From Staphylothermus hellenicus DSM 12710 (GTDB lineage Archaea; Thermoproteota; Thermoprotei_A; Sulfolobales; Desulfurococcaceae): a DNA stretch of 32,000 bases. The notes under the pieces are model-generated. The model did not search any database and had not been told where the DNA came from. It worked only from the letters and a program-made list of their open reading frames with translations. This document shows positions 10,536-20,028 of the stretch, piece after piece; position 1 is the first letter of the stretch; every line of letters starts with the position of its first letter. A program made the translations under genes and the position numbers. The stretch lies in assembly GCF_000092465.1 (NCBI RefSeq), contig NC_014205.1, positions 630,001 through 662,000 on the forward strand, written 5' to 3'.

Positions 10536-11768
10536 TTACGAGCTTCTTCCAAGTATATTAACTAGGTCTACGTACACATCTATTACCTTATGCAAGTTTT
10601 CAACTTCTATGTATTCATCAACTTTATGAGGCATACTCGGTTCTCCAGGGCCATAAGTTGCTACCGGTATCCCCTTATACGAGTAATACCTTAGATCCAG
10701 TCCTCCGACACATATTGTCCTCCTAGGCTCCACACCTGTATCCATTCGTATAGCTTTTGCAAGTGCTTCAACTATTTCAGAGCTGGGATCGGTGAAGGCT
10801 GGCTCCATTCTCTCAATTATTCTAAGTTCAACATCGGCACTATATTTCTTTGCTGCTTCCACAATGTATTTGTTAAGTTCTTCAATTGCATCATTTGTAT
10901 TTTCCTCTATTATTAGTCTGCGATCAATACTGAATGATACTTGTCCAGGCACTATATTTATGCTTCCTGGAGCTGATAGTTTTCCTCCAAGCGTCGCAGT
11001 CGGGTGTTTGCCTTCGGGCAAGTCATATTCGTACCTGCTTGTTTTATCCTTTAATCTTGGTAGATAATTTTCTATCAAGTATTTTGCAACATAAACCATT
11101 TTCTCGAAAGCATTTATTCCTAGCCAAGGAGTGGAGCCATGGCTCTGTTTACCCTTAACAACTATTTCTCCCCATACAAGTCCTTTATGTCCATGCCATA
11201 TGTTATCTAAGCCGCTGGGCTCAGCTATGACTGCCCAGGTAGGCTTACTACCCAATACATTAACTAAATACCCTGTTCCAGTGGCTCCGCCTATTTCTTC
11301 GTCAGGAACAATTGCTGCTTCAACACTTATAGGCGGCTCCTCCTTGGTGGTTGCTAAGTATATCATTGCTGCTAGGAAGGCTGCTATGCCTCCCTTCATA
11401 TCTGTAGATCCACGTCCATAGATTCTACCATTTTTCTTGAGGGGCTTAAATGGATCCGTGATTTTCCAGCCTTCCCCAGGAAATACTACATCATAATGAC
11501 CATTAAACTGTAAGACTTTATCCGACTCGCCTATCCTTGCCAATAAGATATATCTCGGCTTATCAGGATTCATTTCGGGGCCAAGTTTTTCCTTAACATA
11601 TTCATCGGGTACTCGATGAATTGTTACATGTATACCATGCGACTTCAACACATTAGCATAATAATTTACAATTTCTTCATATGCTTCCCCGAGAACGGTT
11701 GGATACTTTATACTCTCCATAAGTATTTCTTCTGCAAGACTATATATCCACTCGGGCAATTTAGGCAT
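10536..11768 (-). CDS. M20-family metallopeptidase (ArgE/DapE/LysK-type deacylase)
   Basis: NGHYDVV, GRGSTDMKGG, IAEPSG and HGS motifs of the M20 family. ATG 11768 has GGTGGGG upstream. The ORF track start is 11798. Confidence 0.85.
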   Translation of the reverse strand: MPKLPEWIYSLAEEILMESIKYPTVLGEAYEEIVNYYANVLKSHGIHVTIHRVPDEYVKEKLGPEMNPDKPRYILLARIGESDKVLQFNGHYDVVFPGEGWKITDPFKPLKKNGRIYGRGSTDMKGGIAAFLAAMIYLATTKEEPPISVEAAIVPDEEIGGATGTGYLVNVLGSKPTWAVIAEPSGLDNIWHGHKGLVWGEIVVKGKQSHGSTPWLGINAFEKMVYVAKYLIENYLPRLKDKTSRYEYDLPEGKHPTATLGGKLSAPGSINIVPGQVSFSIDRRLIIEENTNDAIEELNKYIVEAAKKYSADVELRIIERMEPAFTDPSSEIVEALAKAIRMDTGVEPRRTICVGGLDLRYYSYKGIPVATYGPGEPSMPHKVDEYIEVENLHKVIDVYVDLVNILGRSS

Positions 11769-11997
11769 AAATCCCCACCATAACATCAATATAAACAAGT
11801 TTACCCATTATAATCTATTTCATAAAATAATTACAATCCATGTATTCGTTGAAGAATCCGTAGTAGACAAGAAATTTAATCTCAACATTGTTTTCATTTA
11901 AAATACCTAATTAAGGAGGTTTTTCTCAACAAATAAAACCATTAAAACAATTAATTTTTACACGAAAAACAATGTTTTCATCAGAGGGTGAATTTGT

Positions 11998-13221
11998 GTG
12001 AGAAAAAAGATTAGGGGAGTCGCTAAAGCTATTGAATGTGTTAAGAAATGCAGTGAAAAGACAAGACAGGCAAAATGTTTTGTTGAGTGTTATCTGGGTA
12101 ATAGTGTTAAGGAAGCATATTTGTGGGTTGATCGGTTAAAAGAGATTTCTGAACAAGTTAAGAAACTATATGGTTTTTACACTATCACTTATAGTAGAGA
12201 ATTTAGAAGCTTTATCGAGGAACCGCTCAGGCATTTAGAGAAGAAACTATTTATTTATAGCCATGATTATAGAAGAGGCAAGCTGAGCCTCGAGGAGTAT
12301 GCTGAAAAATCCATGATGGCAATAAATACTAGTTTAAGAACAAATCTTAGAACACTATATCAAAACTGGGGATTTCTAGCTCTTCTAATAAATATTTATC
12401 GTGAAGGAGCAATTATCATATATCCTGAACATAATGTTTTAAATCTAGAAAGAAGCGGTAAGCAAAAGCTGAGATGGATCCCTCCTAACCTTGTTCTCGA
12501 TATACCGGGATATGGAAGCATAAGCCTTTTTATAGAAGCCCCAAGACCTCTCGCTTGGGGAGATACAGGTGATCTGGAGAAGATATGGGGACTATATACT
12601 GCTCTAAGACCGGACATGATGGTATATGGTGGAAGAATATATGATATTGTTGATCCAGAAAATTCTCCTCCAGTTAAAAGACCTGATCTAATAATAGAGT
12701 TTAAGGAGTTACCGGACTGGTATAAGAGAATAAGAGATGTTCGAGGACCTCTAGCTAAACCATTAAGTGCTGAGGAATGGAGAAATAGGTGGATTGAGGG
12801 ACTATGGGATGGATTAGCTGATGTATTAGGGGTAACTAGGCATGAAGTAGCTGAGAAAATAAGTAAGCGCAGAGGAGTTCGTTTGAATGAGGTTAGAGTT
12901 GTTCAGCTTTACAAGTCCGTTTATAACCCGGATAAATTGTTTCTAGTATCGAAACATGTTGTTCCAGAGGAGATAAGGAAGATGCTTGAAAGCCATGATA
13001 TAATAGTTATCGACGATGTTGGTTTCAATAGGGATAAACTAGGTGATTTATCTAAAAATATACTAGAATATGCTGAACAAGTAGGTGAATATATTATTCG
13101 TGTTAGAGACCGTGAGCTAGCATCAATTCTGCAAATGATAATTGATCTATGGGGTAAAAAGGTATTGGATCGGGAGAAAATCAGAAAACTACTACTTTAC
13201 TCGATAAGTGAGGATTTATAA
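11998..13221 (+). CDS. Hypothetical protein with PD-(D/E)xK nuclease-like signature and N-terminal CX3C-X8-CX3C motif
   Basis: GTG start with GAGGGTG 7 nt upstream. E180 (LFIEAP), D206 (LRPDMMVY, nt 12613-12615) and E234-F-K236 (LIIEFK, nt 12697-12705) are spaced as in restriction-endonuclease-fold proteins. Cys motif ECVKKCSEKTRQAKCFVEC. Confidence 0.6.
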   Translation: MRKKIRGVAKAIECVKKCSEKTRQAKCFVECYLGNSVKEAYLWVDRLKEISEQVKKLYGFYTITYSREFRSFIEEPLRHLEKKLFIYSHDYRRGKLSLEEYAEKSMMAINTSLRTNLRTLYQNWGFLALLINIYREGAIIIYPEHNVLNLERSGKQKLRWIPPNLVLDIPGYGSISLFIEAPRPLAWGDTGDLEKIWGLYTALRPDMMVYGGRIYDIVDPENSPPVKRPDLIIEFKELPDWYKRIRDVRGPLAKPLSAEEWRNRWIEGLWDGLADVLGVTRHEVAEKISKRRGVRLNEVRVVQLYKSVYNPDKLFLVSKHVVPEEIRKMLESHDIIVIDDVGFNRDKLGDLSKNILEYAEQVGEYIIRVRDRELASILQMIIDLWGKKVLDREKIRKLLLYSISEDL

Positions 13222-13271
13222 AAAATAAATTTATAAATCTATTGTATGGCTCATTGAATATTTTGAGCACG

Positions 13272-13517
13272 TTACTCAGCTACAGGTTCTACATGGATTA
13301 TCTGTACCGGACAAGCGTTAGAAGCGTCTTCGACACAGCTCTTAAGATCTTCTGGAACGATTCCTACAGCAATGTTGCCTTCTACTCTCCACTTCTCAAC
13401 TATTTGGCTCTTGTTATCCTCAGGATTCATCTCGAAGACATCTGGGCATATCGATACACATACCATATCTGATATACAGTTGTCTCTAGGATCTATTGTA
13501 ACCTTGTATTTAGCCAT
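13272..13517 (-). CDS. Ferredoxin, single-cluster Pyrococcus furiosus type (Asp in place of the second Cys ligand)
   Basis: CISDMVCVSICPDVFEM closely matches the P. furiosus Fd motif CIGDAICASLCPDVFEM. Distal C-x7-CP (CVEDASNACP). ATG 13517 has GGTGAG 6 nt upstream. The ORF track start is 13526. Confidence 0.85.
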   Translation of the reverse strand: MAKYKVTIDPRDNCISDMVCVSICPDVFEMNPEDNKSQIVEKWRVEGNIAVGIVPEDLKSCVEDASNACPVQIIHVEPVAE

Positions 13518-13588
13518 TGCTCTCACCGAGTAGATAATACTATAAAAATAAGATAAAAAGACTTTCCATAATGTAGCAATAGAAATGA

Positions 13589-13665
13589 TCAGCTATGCGG
13601 GGCCCCTATCACTGGCAGGCCTATACGGCCTCCTCATTGATAACCCGGGATTCCTCGTCATCTCA
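13589..13665. other. Small GC-rich palindrome-dense island in an AT-rich spacer (possible small RNA or 3'-end structure)
   Basis: Contains GGGGCCCC (13599-13606), AGGCC-TATAC-GGCCT (13617-13631) and CCCGGG (13644-13649). On the minus strand it is bounded by a C-box-like AUGACGA (13655-13661) and CUGA (13589-13592). Confidence 0.25.
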
Positions 13666-13677
13666 TCTAATACTAGA

Positions 13678-14577
13678 TTATTCTTGTTTACTGATTTTAT
13701 TTTTACTATTCATGTATTCAGTATATAATGCATTTCTTATCGCTTCAGCTTCTTTAAGAATCCAATCCAAATCTTTTGAGCCCGAGGCTACTATGGGCCA
13801 AACATCATAGTATATTGTGAGATATGGTTCCTCAAATGTTATAAGTAGTTCAACGGGTTTTTTACGGAATCTCTCTATTAATCCCGTCTTCTTTTCGTAA
13901 ACAATAATGGTTTCACTTAGCTTTCTCTTCATAGTATAACCTAGGCTTCTAAGAACATTGTCAACAATATCTAATGTTTTAGAATCAAATGCAGGGATAA
14001 CAATGTTGCATCTATGCTTATATAGTTTAGTTGACCAACATTCTATTCCTGCCGAATAAGTATGATCTGGATATTTCCCTGTTAGTTCTTTCATTTTTAG
14101 ATAAAAGATCGATGAAATCCCGATTAATACGAGGAAGGAACCAGTTATAGATACGAGGCCATGATATTTCTCAGTGGTTCTCTGCTTATATATGAGGAGA
14201 GAGTACTCCACGGTAATATTGTCTCCAGCATTATTAATTAATAATAAATAATATTTTCCAGGCATATCCTTATAGGTGTAGTTTCTTCCAATATAATTAC
14301 TTAAATCATAGGCTTTACCAATATAGTTTAATGCAGAGTTATCTGATAAGAGAATAGTTATGTTGCTTTTCTCAGGTATCGTGGTATAGTTAAACAATAC
14401 TTTATCGTTACTGTTTAAATATATTGGGATAGAAATATAGGTTTTATAGGGAAGACTTATTCTATCATATTTTTCGATACTCGTTATAGTTGTTGTTTGT
14501 AGAAATAATAATGAGTAAAATATCAGCATTGCACCAATGACTACTAGGGAAGCCATTATGGTCATTACTTTATCCAA
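13678..14577 (-). CDS. Hypothetical bitopic membrane protein (N-terminal TM, Asn/Tyr-rich outer domain, second TM, cytoplasmic C-domain)
   Basis: TTG start with GGTGA 7 nt upstream. Hydrophobic segments MTIMASLVVIGAMLIFYSLLFL and GLVSITGSFLVLIGISSIFYL. No family recognised. Confidence 0.65.
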   Translation of the reverse strand: MDKVMTIMASLVVIGAMLIFYSLLFLQTTTITSIEKYDRISLPYKTYISIPIYLNSNDKVLFNYTTIPEKSNITILLSDNSALNYIGKAYDLSNYIGRNYTYKDMPGKYYLLLINNAGDNITVEYSLLIYKQRTTEKYHGLVSITGSFLVLIGISSIFYLKMKELTGKYPDHTYSAGIECWSTKLYKHRCNIVIPAFDSKTLDIVDNVLRSLGYTMKRKLSETIIVYEKKTGLIERFRKKPVELLITFEEPYLTIYYDVWPIVASGSKDLDWILKEAEAIRNALYTEYMNSKNKISKQE

Positions 14578-14806
14578 TTTTTATTCACCGATCAGTATTC
14601 TCGCTAATACGGCATGTTACCTATTTCTTTATAGATTCTCATGTATTAAGCGTAAATATAGTTTAGCATTTATATGGTGTTATAACTAAAAAATTGTTAA
14701 AACAATAGATTTCCTAACCAAAAATGTAGGCTATCATAATATTGTAGAAGTAAAGAATAAACAGGAATTAAATAAATAGAAGTAGAGAAGAAAAAAGTTT
14801 TAAGTT

Positions 14807-15724
14807 TTAGACTGTTCTTTCTTCTCTGAAGTATGTCTTTCCTAGACTCTTTGGTGGTGCTAGTCTTCTCTTCAGAGGCGTTGCCATGAAGATTACCATG
14901 GCCAGTATGGCTGCTACAAATGGTAGCATCTTAGCTAGGTCTGGTGGTAGACTATATGCTGCCTGAATAGCGGTCATGTATTTGACTAGTCCAGCAAATA
15001 CACCTGACGATACTAGTATCAGTAATGGGTGTCTTCCGGCACTCAACGATATTGCGAAAGCAAGCCATCCATGCCCCAGTCCCTGTCCTTCGCTCCATAC
15101 TTGTGTATAGCTTATTTCGAATATTGCTCCTCCCAATCCTATCAGCGCGAATCCTATGATGCCAGCTATTAGTCTAACTGATAATACGTTCACACCTAAG
15201 GCTTCAGCAGCCGCTGGATCTTCTCCTGCTGCTCTTATTGCTGCTCCAAGCTTTGTCTTATTGATTAGGTAGAGAAATCCTATTCCTAGCAGTATTGTTA
15301 CTATGTATACTCCGATCCACATGGGATTTGTTATGTCTAGTGTATACCCTATTTCTATTCCGGTTCTTCCCTGTAAGTTTCTCGCGGGCAATCCTATTAG
15401 GCTTGCCAAGCCGTATCCTAGGAACATTAGTGATAAACCGGTTGCACCGTGGCTGATTGGGAACTTTGTCACTAGAAACGCCATGAGTCCGCCGAAAATC
15501 AGAGCTACAATCATTGATACAATTAATGCAGCGCCAATATTGTTATTTGTATAAACTGCCACTGCGAAAGCTGTTGCTACAGATAATACGAATACGCCGT
15601 CTATTGCTAGATTCAGTACTCCGCTCTTCTCAACTATCGCATGCCCTAAGGCTGCTAGATAGTAGGCTAGGAATAATGAGCTCATCCCAGCGAGTAGGCT
15701 GAGTACCCCATCCATCATGATCAC
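14807..15724 (-). CDS. ABC transporter permease (BMP/nucleoside-type, YufQ/NupQ-like)
   Basis: Polytopic membrane protein of the BPD/branched-chain-type permease fold. Its start overlaps the upstream permease stop by 4 nt (ATGA, 15721-15724). Confidence 0.9.
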   Translation of the reverse strand: MIMMDGVLSLLAGMSSLFLAYYLAALGHAIVEKSGVLNLAIDGVFVLSVATAFAVAVYTNNNIGAALIVSMIVALIFGGLMAFLVTKFPISHGATGLSLMFLGYGLASLIGLPARNLQGRTGIEIGYTLDITNPMWIGVYIVTILLGIGFLYLINKTKLGAAIRAAGEDPAAAEALGVNVLSVRLIAGIIGFALIGLGGAIFEISYTQVWSEGQGLGHGWLAFAISLSAGRHPLLILVSSGVFAGLVKYMTAIQAAYSLPPDLAKMLPFVAAILAMVIFMATPLKRRLAPPKSLGKTYFREERTV

Positions 15725-16815
15725 CTCTTCTTCTTACGAATTATCCTTATCTGATACTCGGAAGTTGTAACTAAAACAGCATATGTTAACAGAATACTGC
15801 CTATGAATACATTTACTACAGCTGCTCCACCAGCACCTATTACTTGCATTTGTATACCTGCATTGTATAGCGCGCTCATAATATAAGCAGCTATTGGTAC
15901 AGCGAATAATTCAAGCATAGCTAGCCAAGCTACTAGAATACCTGTATATCCGTATACTGGTGTTTTTTCTTCTACTGGATAACTAATATTATGGGATACT
16001 TGTGCTAGATAGCTTGCACCAGCTATTCCTATAATTAATCCACTAATTGTTAGCGCCAACAATATGGTCATTGGAACACTTATTCCACTACTTCTCAGCA
16101 GATCAGGGTTGCTGCTTAATATCTTGATTCTTAATCCCAAACTTGTATATTTAAATAGTAACCATACGCCCACAAATACTATTACGAGTATAGTTAATAA
16201 TTCGTAGGATATAGTTACTGGTATGTTACCTATTTTTATTGGATTAAACCATGTTGTTTGAGGTATGGTTACTGTTCTATAGTATCCATAATGTCTTTCT
16301 CTCCAAGCCCCCGATGCTAAATAATCTACTATATAGTAGGCTATATAGTTCATCATCAAGGTTACCGGTACTTCGTCTACGCCGAGATATGCTCGAGGTA
16401 ATGCAGCAAGAAGTGCCCAAAACGCTCCAGCCAGTAATCCCAATATGATCATGGTTGTTTTTGCTGCTAATCCAATCATTGCTAATCCGCTAAATAATGA
16501 TACCCATGCTGCCACAAGTACACCAATGTAGAATTGTCCTTCGCCACCGATATTCCAGATAGCTCCCTTGAAGCTTACCAGTAATCCTATACCTACTATT
16601 GTTAATAGGGAGAATGTCTTAGCCAGTAATCCTATATTGATGAATCCGTAGCTTATAGATGCTAATACATCATATGGTGTTATTTGTCCACCGCTCATTC
16701 CGTAGAGTATTATTATCGATATCAATAATCCCACTATTAATGCTAATATAGGGGTTATCCAGTATGGGAGAGGTTTTACTCTGCGAACTATGACCATGCT
16801 AAAGGGGAACTCCAT
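15721..16815 (-). CDS. ABC transporter permease (BMP/nucleoside-type, YufP/NupP-like)
   Basis: Polytopic membrane protein. Starts 3 nt after the ATPase stop codon. Confidence 0.9.
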   Translation of the reverse strand: MEFPFSMVIVRRVKPLPYWITPILALIVGLLISIIILYGMSGGQITPYDVLASISYGFINIGLLAKTFSLLTIVGIGLLVSFKGAIWNIGGEGQFYIGVLVAAWVSLFSGLAMIGLAAKTTMIILGLLAGAFWALLAALPRAYLGVDEVPVTLMMNYIAYYIVDYLASGAWRERHYGYYRTVTIPQTTWFNPIKIGNIPVTISYELLTILVIVFVGVWLLFKYTSLGLRIKILSSNPDLLRSSGISVPMTILLALTISGLIIGIAGASYLAQVSHNISYPVEEKTPVYGYTGILVAWLAMLELFAVPIAAYIMSALYNAGIQMQVIGAGGAAVVNVFIGSILLTYAVLVTTSEYQIRIIRKKKR

Positions 16816-16818
16816 GAT

Positions 16819-18366
16819 TTACATCACCATGAGGTGTTCTATTTCTTCACGCTTAGCTTTATCAGCTGGGAATACACCCACTATTTTACCAGAGTTCATT
16901 ACTACTATTGTATCGCTTATTTGGAAAACCTCATCTAGATCTTCGCTGGCAATTAATGCTCCAATTCCTTGCTTAATCACCCTATCCTTAATTATTCTTC
17001 TAACCTTGATCGCTGTAGCTTCGTCAAGCCCTCTTGTGGGATTATATGCTATTAACAGTTTAGTGGCTGTGGTGAGCTCTCTTGACACAAGCACCTTCAT
17101 TATGTTACCGCCGCTTAGGAACTTAACAGGTGTTTCAGGGCTCGGTGTTTTTATTTCGAATTCCTTGATTAGCTTAAAAGATAGTGCTTTAAGTTTGCTC
17201 CAGTTTATTGTTTCTGATACAAAGTTGGGTAAGACTCCAAGATTCTCTAAGATATTGTTTTCTATGCTTACACCATATTTTGCAGGTAGGTCTGGTATGT
17301 ATCCTACACCGTTCATTCTCATATAGTGTGTGGTCTTATTTGTAACATCTACTCCATCATATATTATCTTGCCCTTCTCTATTGGTCTAAGCCTCATTAC
17401 TGCTTGCAGAAGCTCTTTTTGACCATTACCCGCTACACCAGCTATTCCAACAACCTCTCCTTTCCTCACAGTTAGAGACGCTCCTTGAACAGCTAGTCCT
17501 CCGAAGTCTCCTCTCACCCATAGATCCTTGATCTCTAGGATCGGGTTTGTCGGATTACCCGGCGGCAACTTTTCATATGTAATTTCTCCGCTTCTTTCAC
17601 CAAACATCATTGTCCTTATCTGATCCATTGTTGCCTCTTTAACTGATACAGTTCCTACGAGCTTTCCTCTTCTTAGAACAGTTATTTTATCAGCTACATC
17701 CATTGCCTCAGGTATTTTATGAGTTATAAGTACAACTGTCCCGCCTAAGTCAGCGTATTCTCTAATAAACTTGTAGAATTTCTTCTTCTCTTCCAATGGT
17801 AAATAAGTTATTGCTTCATCTAACAATAGTATCTTTGCCCCTAGTAGGAGTGCGCGGACGATCTCAACTAATTGTTTCTGTGTATAGCTAAGTCTCCATA
17901 CCTCTGTATCCGGATCTATTTTTACACCTACCTTTTTCGATACCTCAACGATTTTTTCCCTGACTTTACCAACAAGGGTATAGTAGCCGTATCTCCTTAT
18001 CCCTAAAACTATGTTTTCCGCTACAGTTAATCTATCAATAATAACAGGTGATTGAGAAACCATTATTATTCCAAGGTTTATTGCATCCATAGGACTTGCA
18101 ATGGTAACTCTTCGACCCTCAACAATTATTTCGCCTTCGTCAGGAGTATATATTCCATATAGTATTTTCACAAATGTTGATTTACCAGCACCGTTTTCGC
18201 CGAGTAATGCATGTACTGTTCCTTTCTCGAACTCCAAACTTATATTGTCTAGCGCTACAACACCTGGGAACCTTTTACTAATACCTTCTACTCTAAGAAT
18301 GGTATCCTTGTTTTCTTGGTGAGGAGAAGAGAAAAAACTTTTTTGTTTATCAGCCTCAGCAGCCAT
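16819..18366 (-). CDS. ABC transporter ATP-binding protein with duplicated ATPase domains
   Basis: Walker A GENGAGKST, signature LSYTQKQ, Walker B ILLLDE in the first half. The second half has GVAGNGQ, LSGGN and a D-loop, as in sugar/nucleoside-type tandem ATPases. Confidence 0.95.
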   Translation of the reverse strand: MAAEADKQKSFFSSPHQENKDTILRVEGISKRFPGVVALDNISLEFEKGTVHALLGENGAGKSTFVKILYGIYTPDEGEIIVEGRRVTIASPMDAINLGIIMVSQSPVIIDRLTVAENIVLGIRRYGYYTLVGKVREKIVEVSKKVGVKIDPDTEVWRLSYTQKQLVEIVRALLLGAKILLLDEAITYLPLEEKKKFYKFIREYADLGGTVVLITHKIPEAMDVADKITVLRRGKLVGTVSVKEATMDQIRTMMFGERSGEITYEKLPPGNPTNPILEIKDLWVRGDFGGLAVQGASLTVRKGEVVGIAGVAGNGQKELLQAVMRLRPIEKGKIIYDGVDVTNKTTHYMRMNGVGYIPDLPAKYGVSIENNILENLGVLPNFVSETINWSKLKALSFKLIKEFEIKTPSPETPVKFLSGGNIMKVLVSRELTTATKLLIAYNPTRGLDEATAIKVRRIIKDRVIKQGIGALIASEDLDEVFQISDTIVVMNSGKIVGVFPADKAKREEIEHLMVM

Positions 18367-18421
18367 ACCTCGCTACACCTATACCCCGCTATTACTGAAA
18401 AATATTGTTGGGAAGAGATTA

Positions 18422-19891
18422 TTAAGATAATCCACCGTGGTAGATTACCCAGTCAACAAACCAATCCATACTCCATAGATCGTCGTGTCCCAGTCTCTGT
18501 CCAGCAGGTATATTGACTTTCTGGCTTGGATTATCCTTAGCATATCCACTTAGTGGACCAGTAAATGGATCGAAGACTGTGCCTATATAGATGTCCTTCT
18601 GACTGTATGGATCTGGCTGCTGTGGATTAACCGCTGGTATCCTGATCTTTGTAATGTTCTCGTATATGTGTGTTAATGCTGTTAACTGTAGTGGTGTTAG
18701 CAATGGTGCACTCTTAAACATCTTGTATCTCTCCATTACGAGATCATATACGCTCATCTTCTTCCCTGTAACCTTATCTGTTACCTGTATACTCTTCAGG
18801 GTGTCAACAAACTTGGGGTTGATATGCATCACTGATCCATTCTCATAAACTTCACAACCAAATTCTACAGCTCCACTATTTAACAAGTACCAGTAGTCGA
18901 CGTTTCCTAGATTGTATGGTGTATAGATTCCAGCCTTGATCTTCGCTAGTATATCCATATAAATAACTTCCCACCTAACGATCTGTCCGCTGACAACTGC
19001 GTCAGGGCCATACTTGTATCCTGGACTATAATGGCTGAACACGTATAGTGGATGATCATATGTTCCCTGCTCATATCCCGTAGTCTTCTCCTGTGCTAGT
19101 TCTAATATAGCGGTTGAATCCTCAGTATAGGCTAGTACATCTACATTGTAGTCCCTCCATAGAGTCTCAGCAGCGCTTCTAGCCTTGTCTGGAGCAAACC
19201 ATGCACCGATCTCGATAACATGTACCTTTATATCCTTACCTAATTGTTCACCAACTTCTTTCGCACCAATTGCAAAGGCATTAATATGCCTCACTACCTC
19301 GGGTGTGGTGAAAGCTGCTACGTATCCTATATGCCCAGTTTTTGTGAGAGCTCCAGCAATTAATCCGTTTAAGTAGTAAACCTGGTATAGGTCTGCGAAA
19401 TATGTTCCCACATTAGCTCTTCTCTTATATCCTGAGCAGTGGAAGAATAATATGTTTGGATATTGTTCTCCCTTCTCAATCGTCTTATCCATGAACTCGA
19501 AGCTAGTCGTGAAGATAACGTTGTATCCTTGGCTTACAAGGTTATCAATAGTTTCTCCTACTTTATCCTCTGAGACGCTCTCGACATATGTTGTCTGCAG
19601 CCAGTCCTTATATACTGTAGCTACAACACGTCTACCTACATCGTGCATATAGCTCCATCCAAAGTCACCGATTGGTCCAACATATATGAATGCAGCCTTG
19701 ATTGTGGATGGTGGAGTCCATGCTCCCCCGCCACCAACTGTTTTAGTTTCAGTCTTAGTTACTGTGGTTGTAACGGTTCCGCCTGCTCCATAAGTTTGGC
19801 CTCCTCCATAAAGTGTTCCCGCATAGTATGCTAATGCTCCGACTACTATTAGGAGGACGACGAATATTCCGGTTAATGTTTTAACATCCAT
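18422..19891 (-). CDS. BMP-family (PnrA/Med-like) substrate-binding protein, membrane-anchored via N-terminal TM plus Gly/Thr linker
   Basis: N-terminal TM, then linker GGGQTYGAGGTVTTTVTKTETKTVGGGG. Then AAFIYVGPIGDFGW and GYVAAF motifs typical of basic-membrane-protein purine nucleoside binders. AGGGTG 6 nt upstream of the ATG. Confidence 0.9.
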   Translation of the reverse strand: MDVKTLTGIFVVLLIVVGALAYYAGTLYGGGQTYGAGGTVTTTVTKTETKTVGGGGAWTPPSTIKAAFIYVGPIGDFGWSYMHDVGRRVVATVYKDWLQTTYVESVSEDKVGETIDNLVSQGYNVIFTTSFEFMDKTIEKGEQYPNILFFHCSGYKRRANVGTYFADLYQVYYLNGLIAGALTKTGHIGYVAAFTTPEVVRHINAFAIGAKEVGEQLGKDIKVHVIEIGAWFAPDKARSAAETLWRDYNVDVLAYTEDSTAILELAQEKTTGYEQGTYDHPLYVFSHYSPGYKYGPDAVVSGQIVRWEVIYMDILAKIKAGIYTPYNLGNVDYWYLLNSGAVEFGCEVYENGSVMHINPKFVDTLKSIQVTDKVTGKKMSVYDLVMERYKMFKSAPLLTPLQLTALTHIYENITKIRIPAVNPQQPDPYSQKDIYIGTVFDPFTGPLSGYAKDNPSQKVNIPAGQRLGHDDLWSMDWFVDWVIYHGGLS

Positions 19892-20028
19892 GGTTACACC
19901 CTTAACCTAGGATTAGATACTAATTATTATTAGTAGCTAGAAATATAAAAACAATACCATTACTACAAGGACATATGTGTATTTGTATGTTTTGTCAACA
20001 TTGTTGCTTATATAGGAGAAATGCTTAT

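Noticed and set aside
13242-13810. ORFs 13242-13472(+) and 13595-13810(+)
   Set aside because: The first is antisense to the well-supported ferredoxin gene. The second runs through the GC-rich island into the antisense of the 299-aa membrane protein gene.
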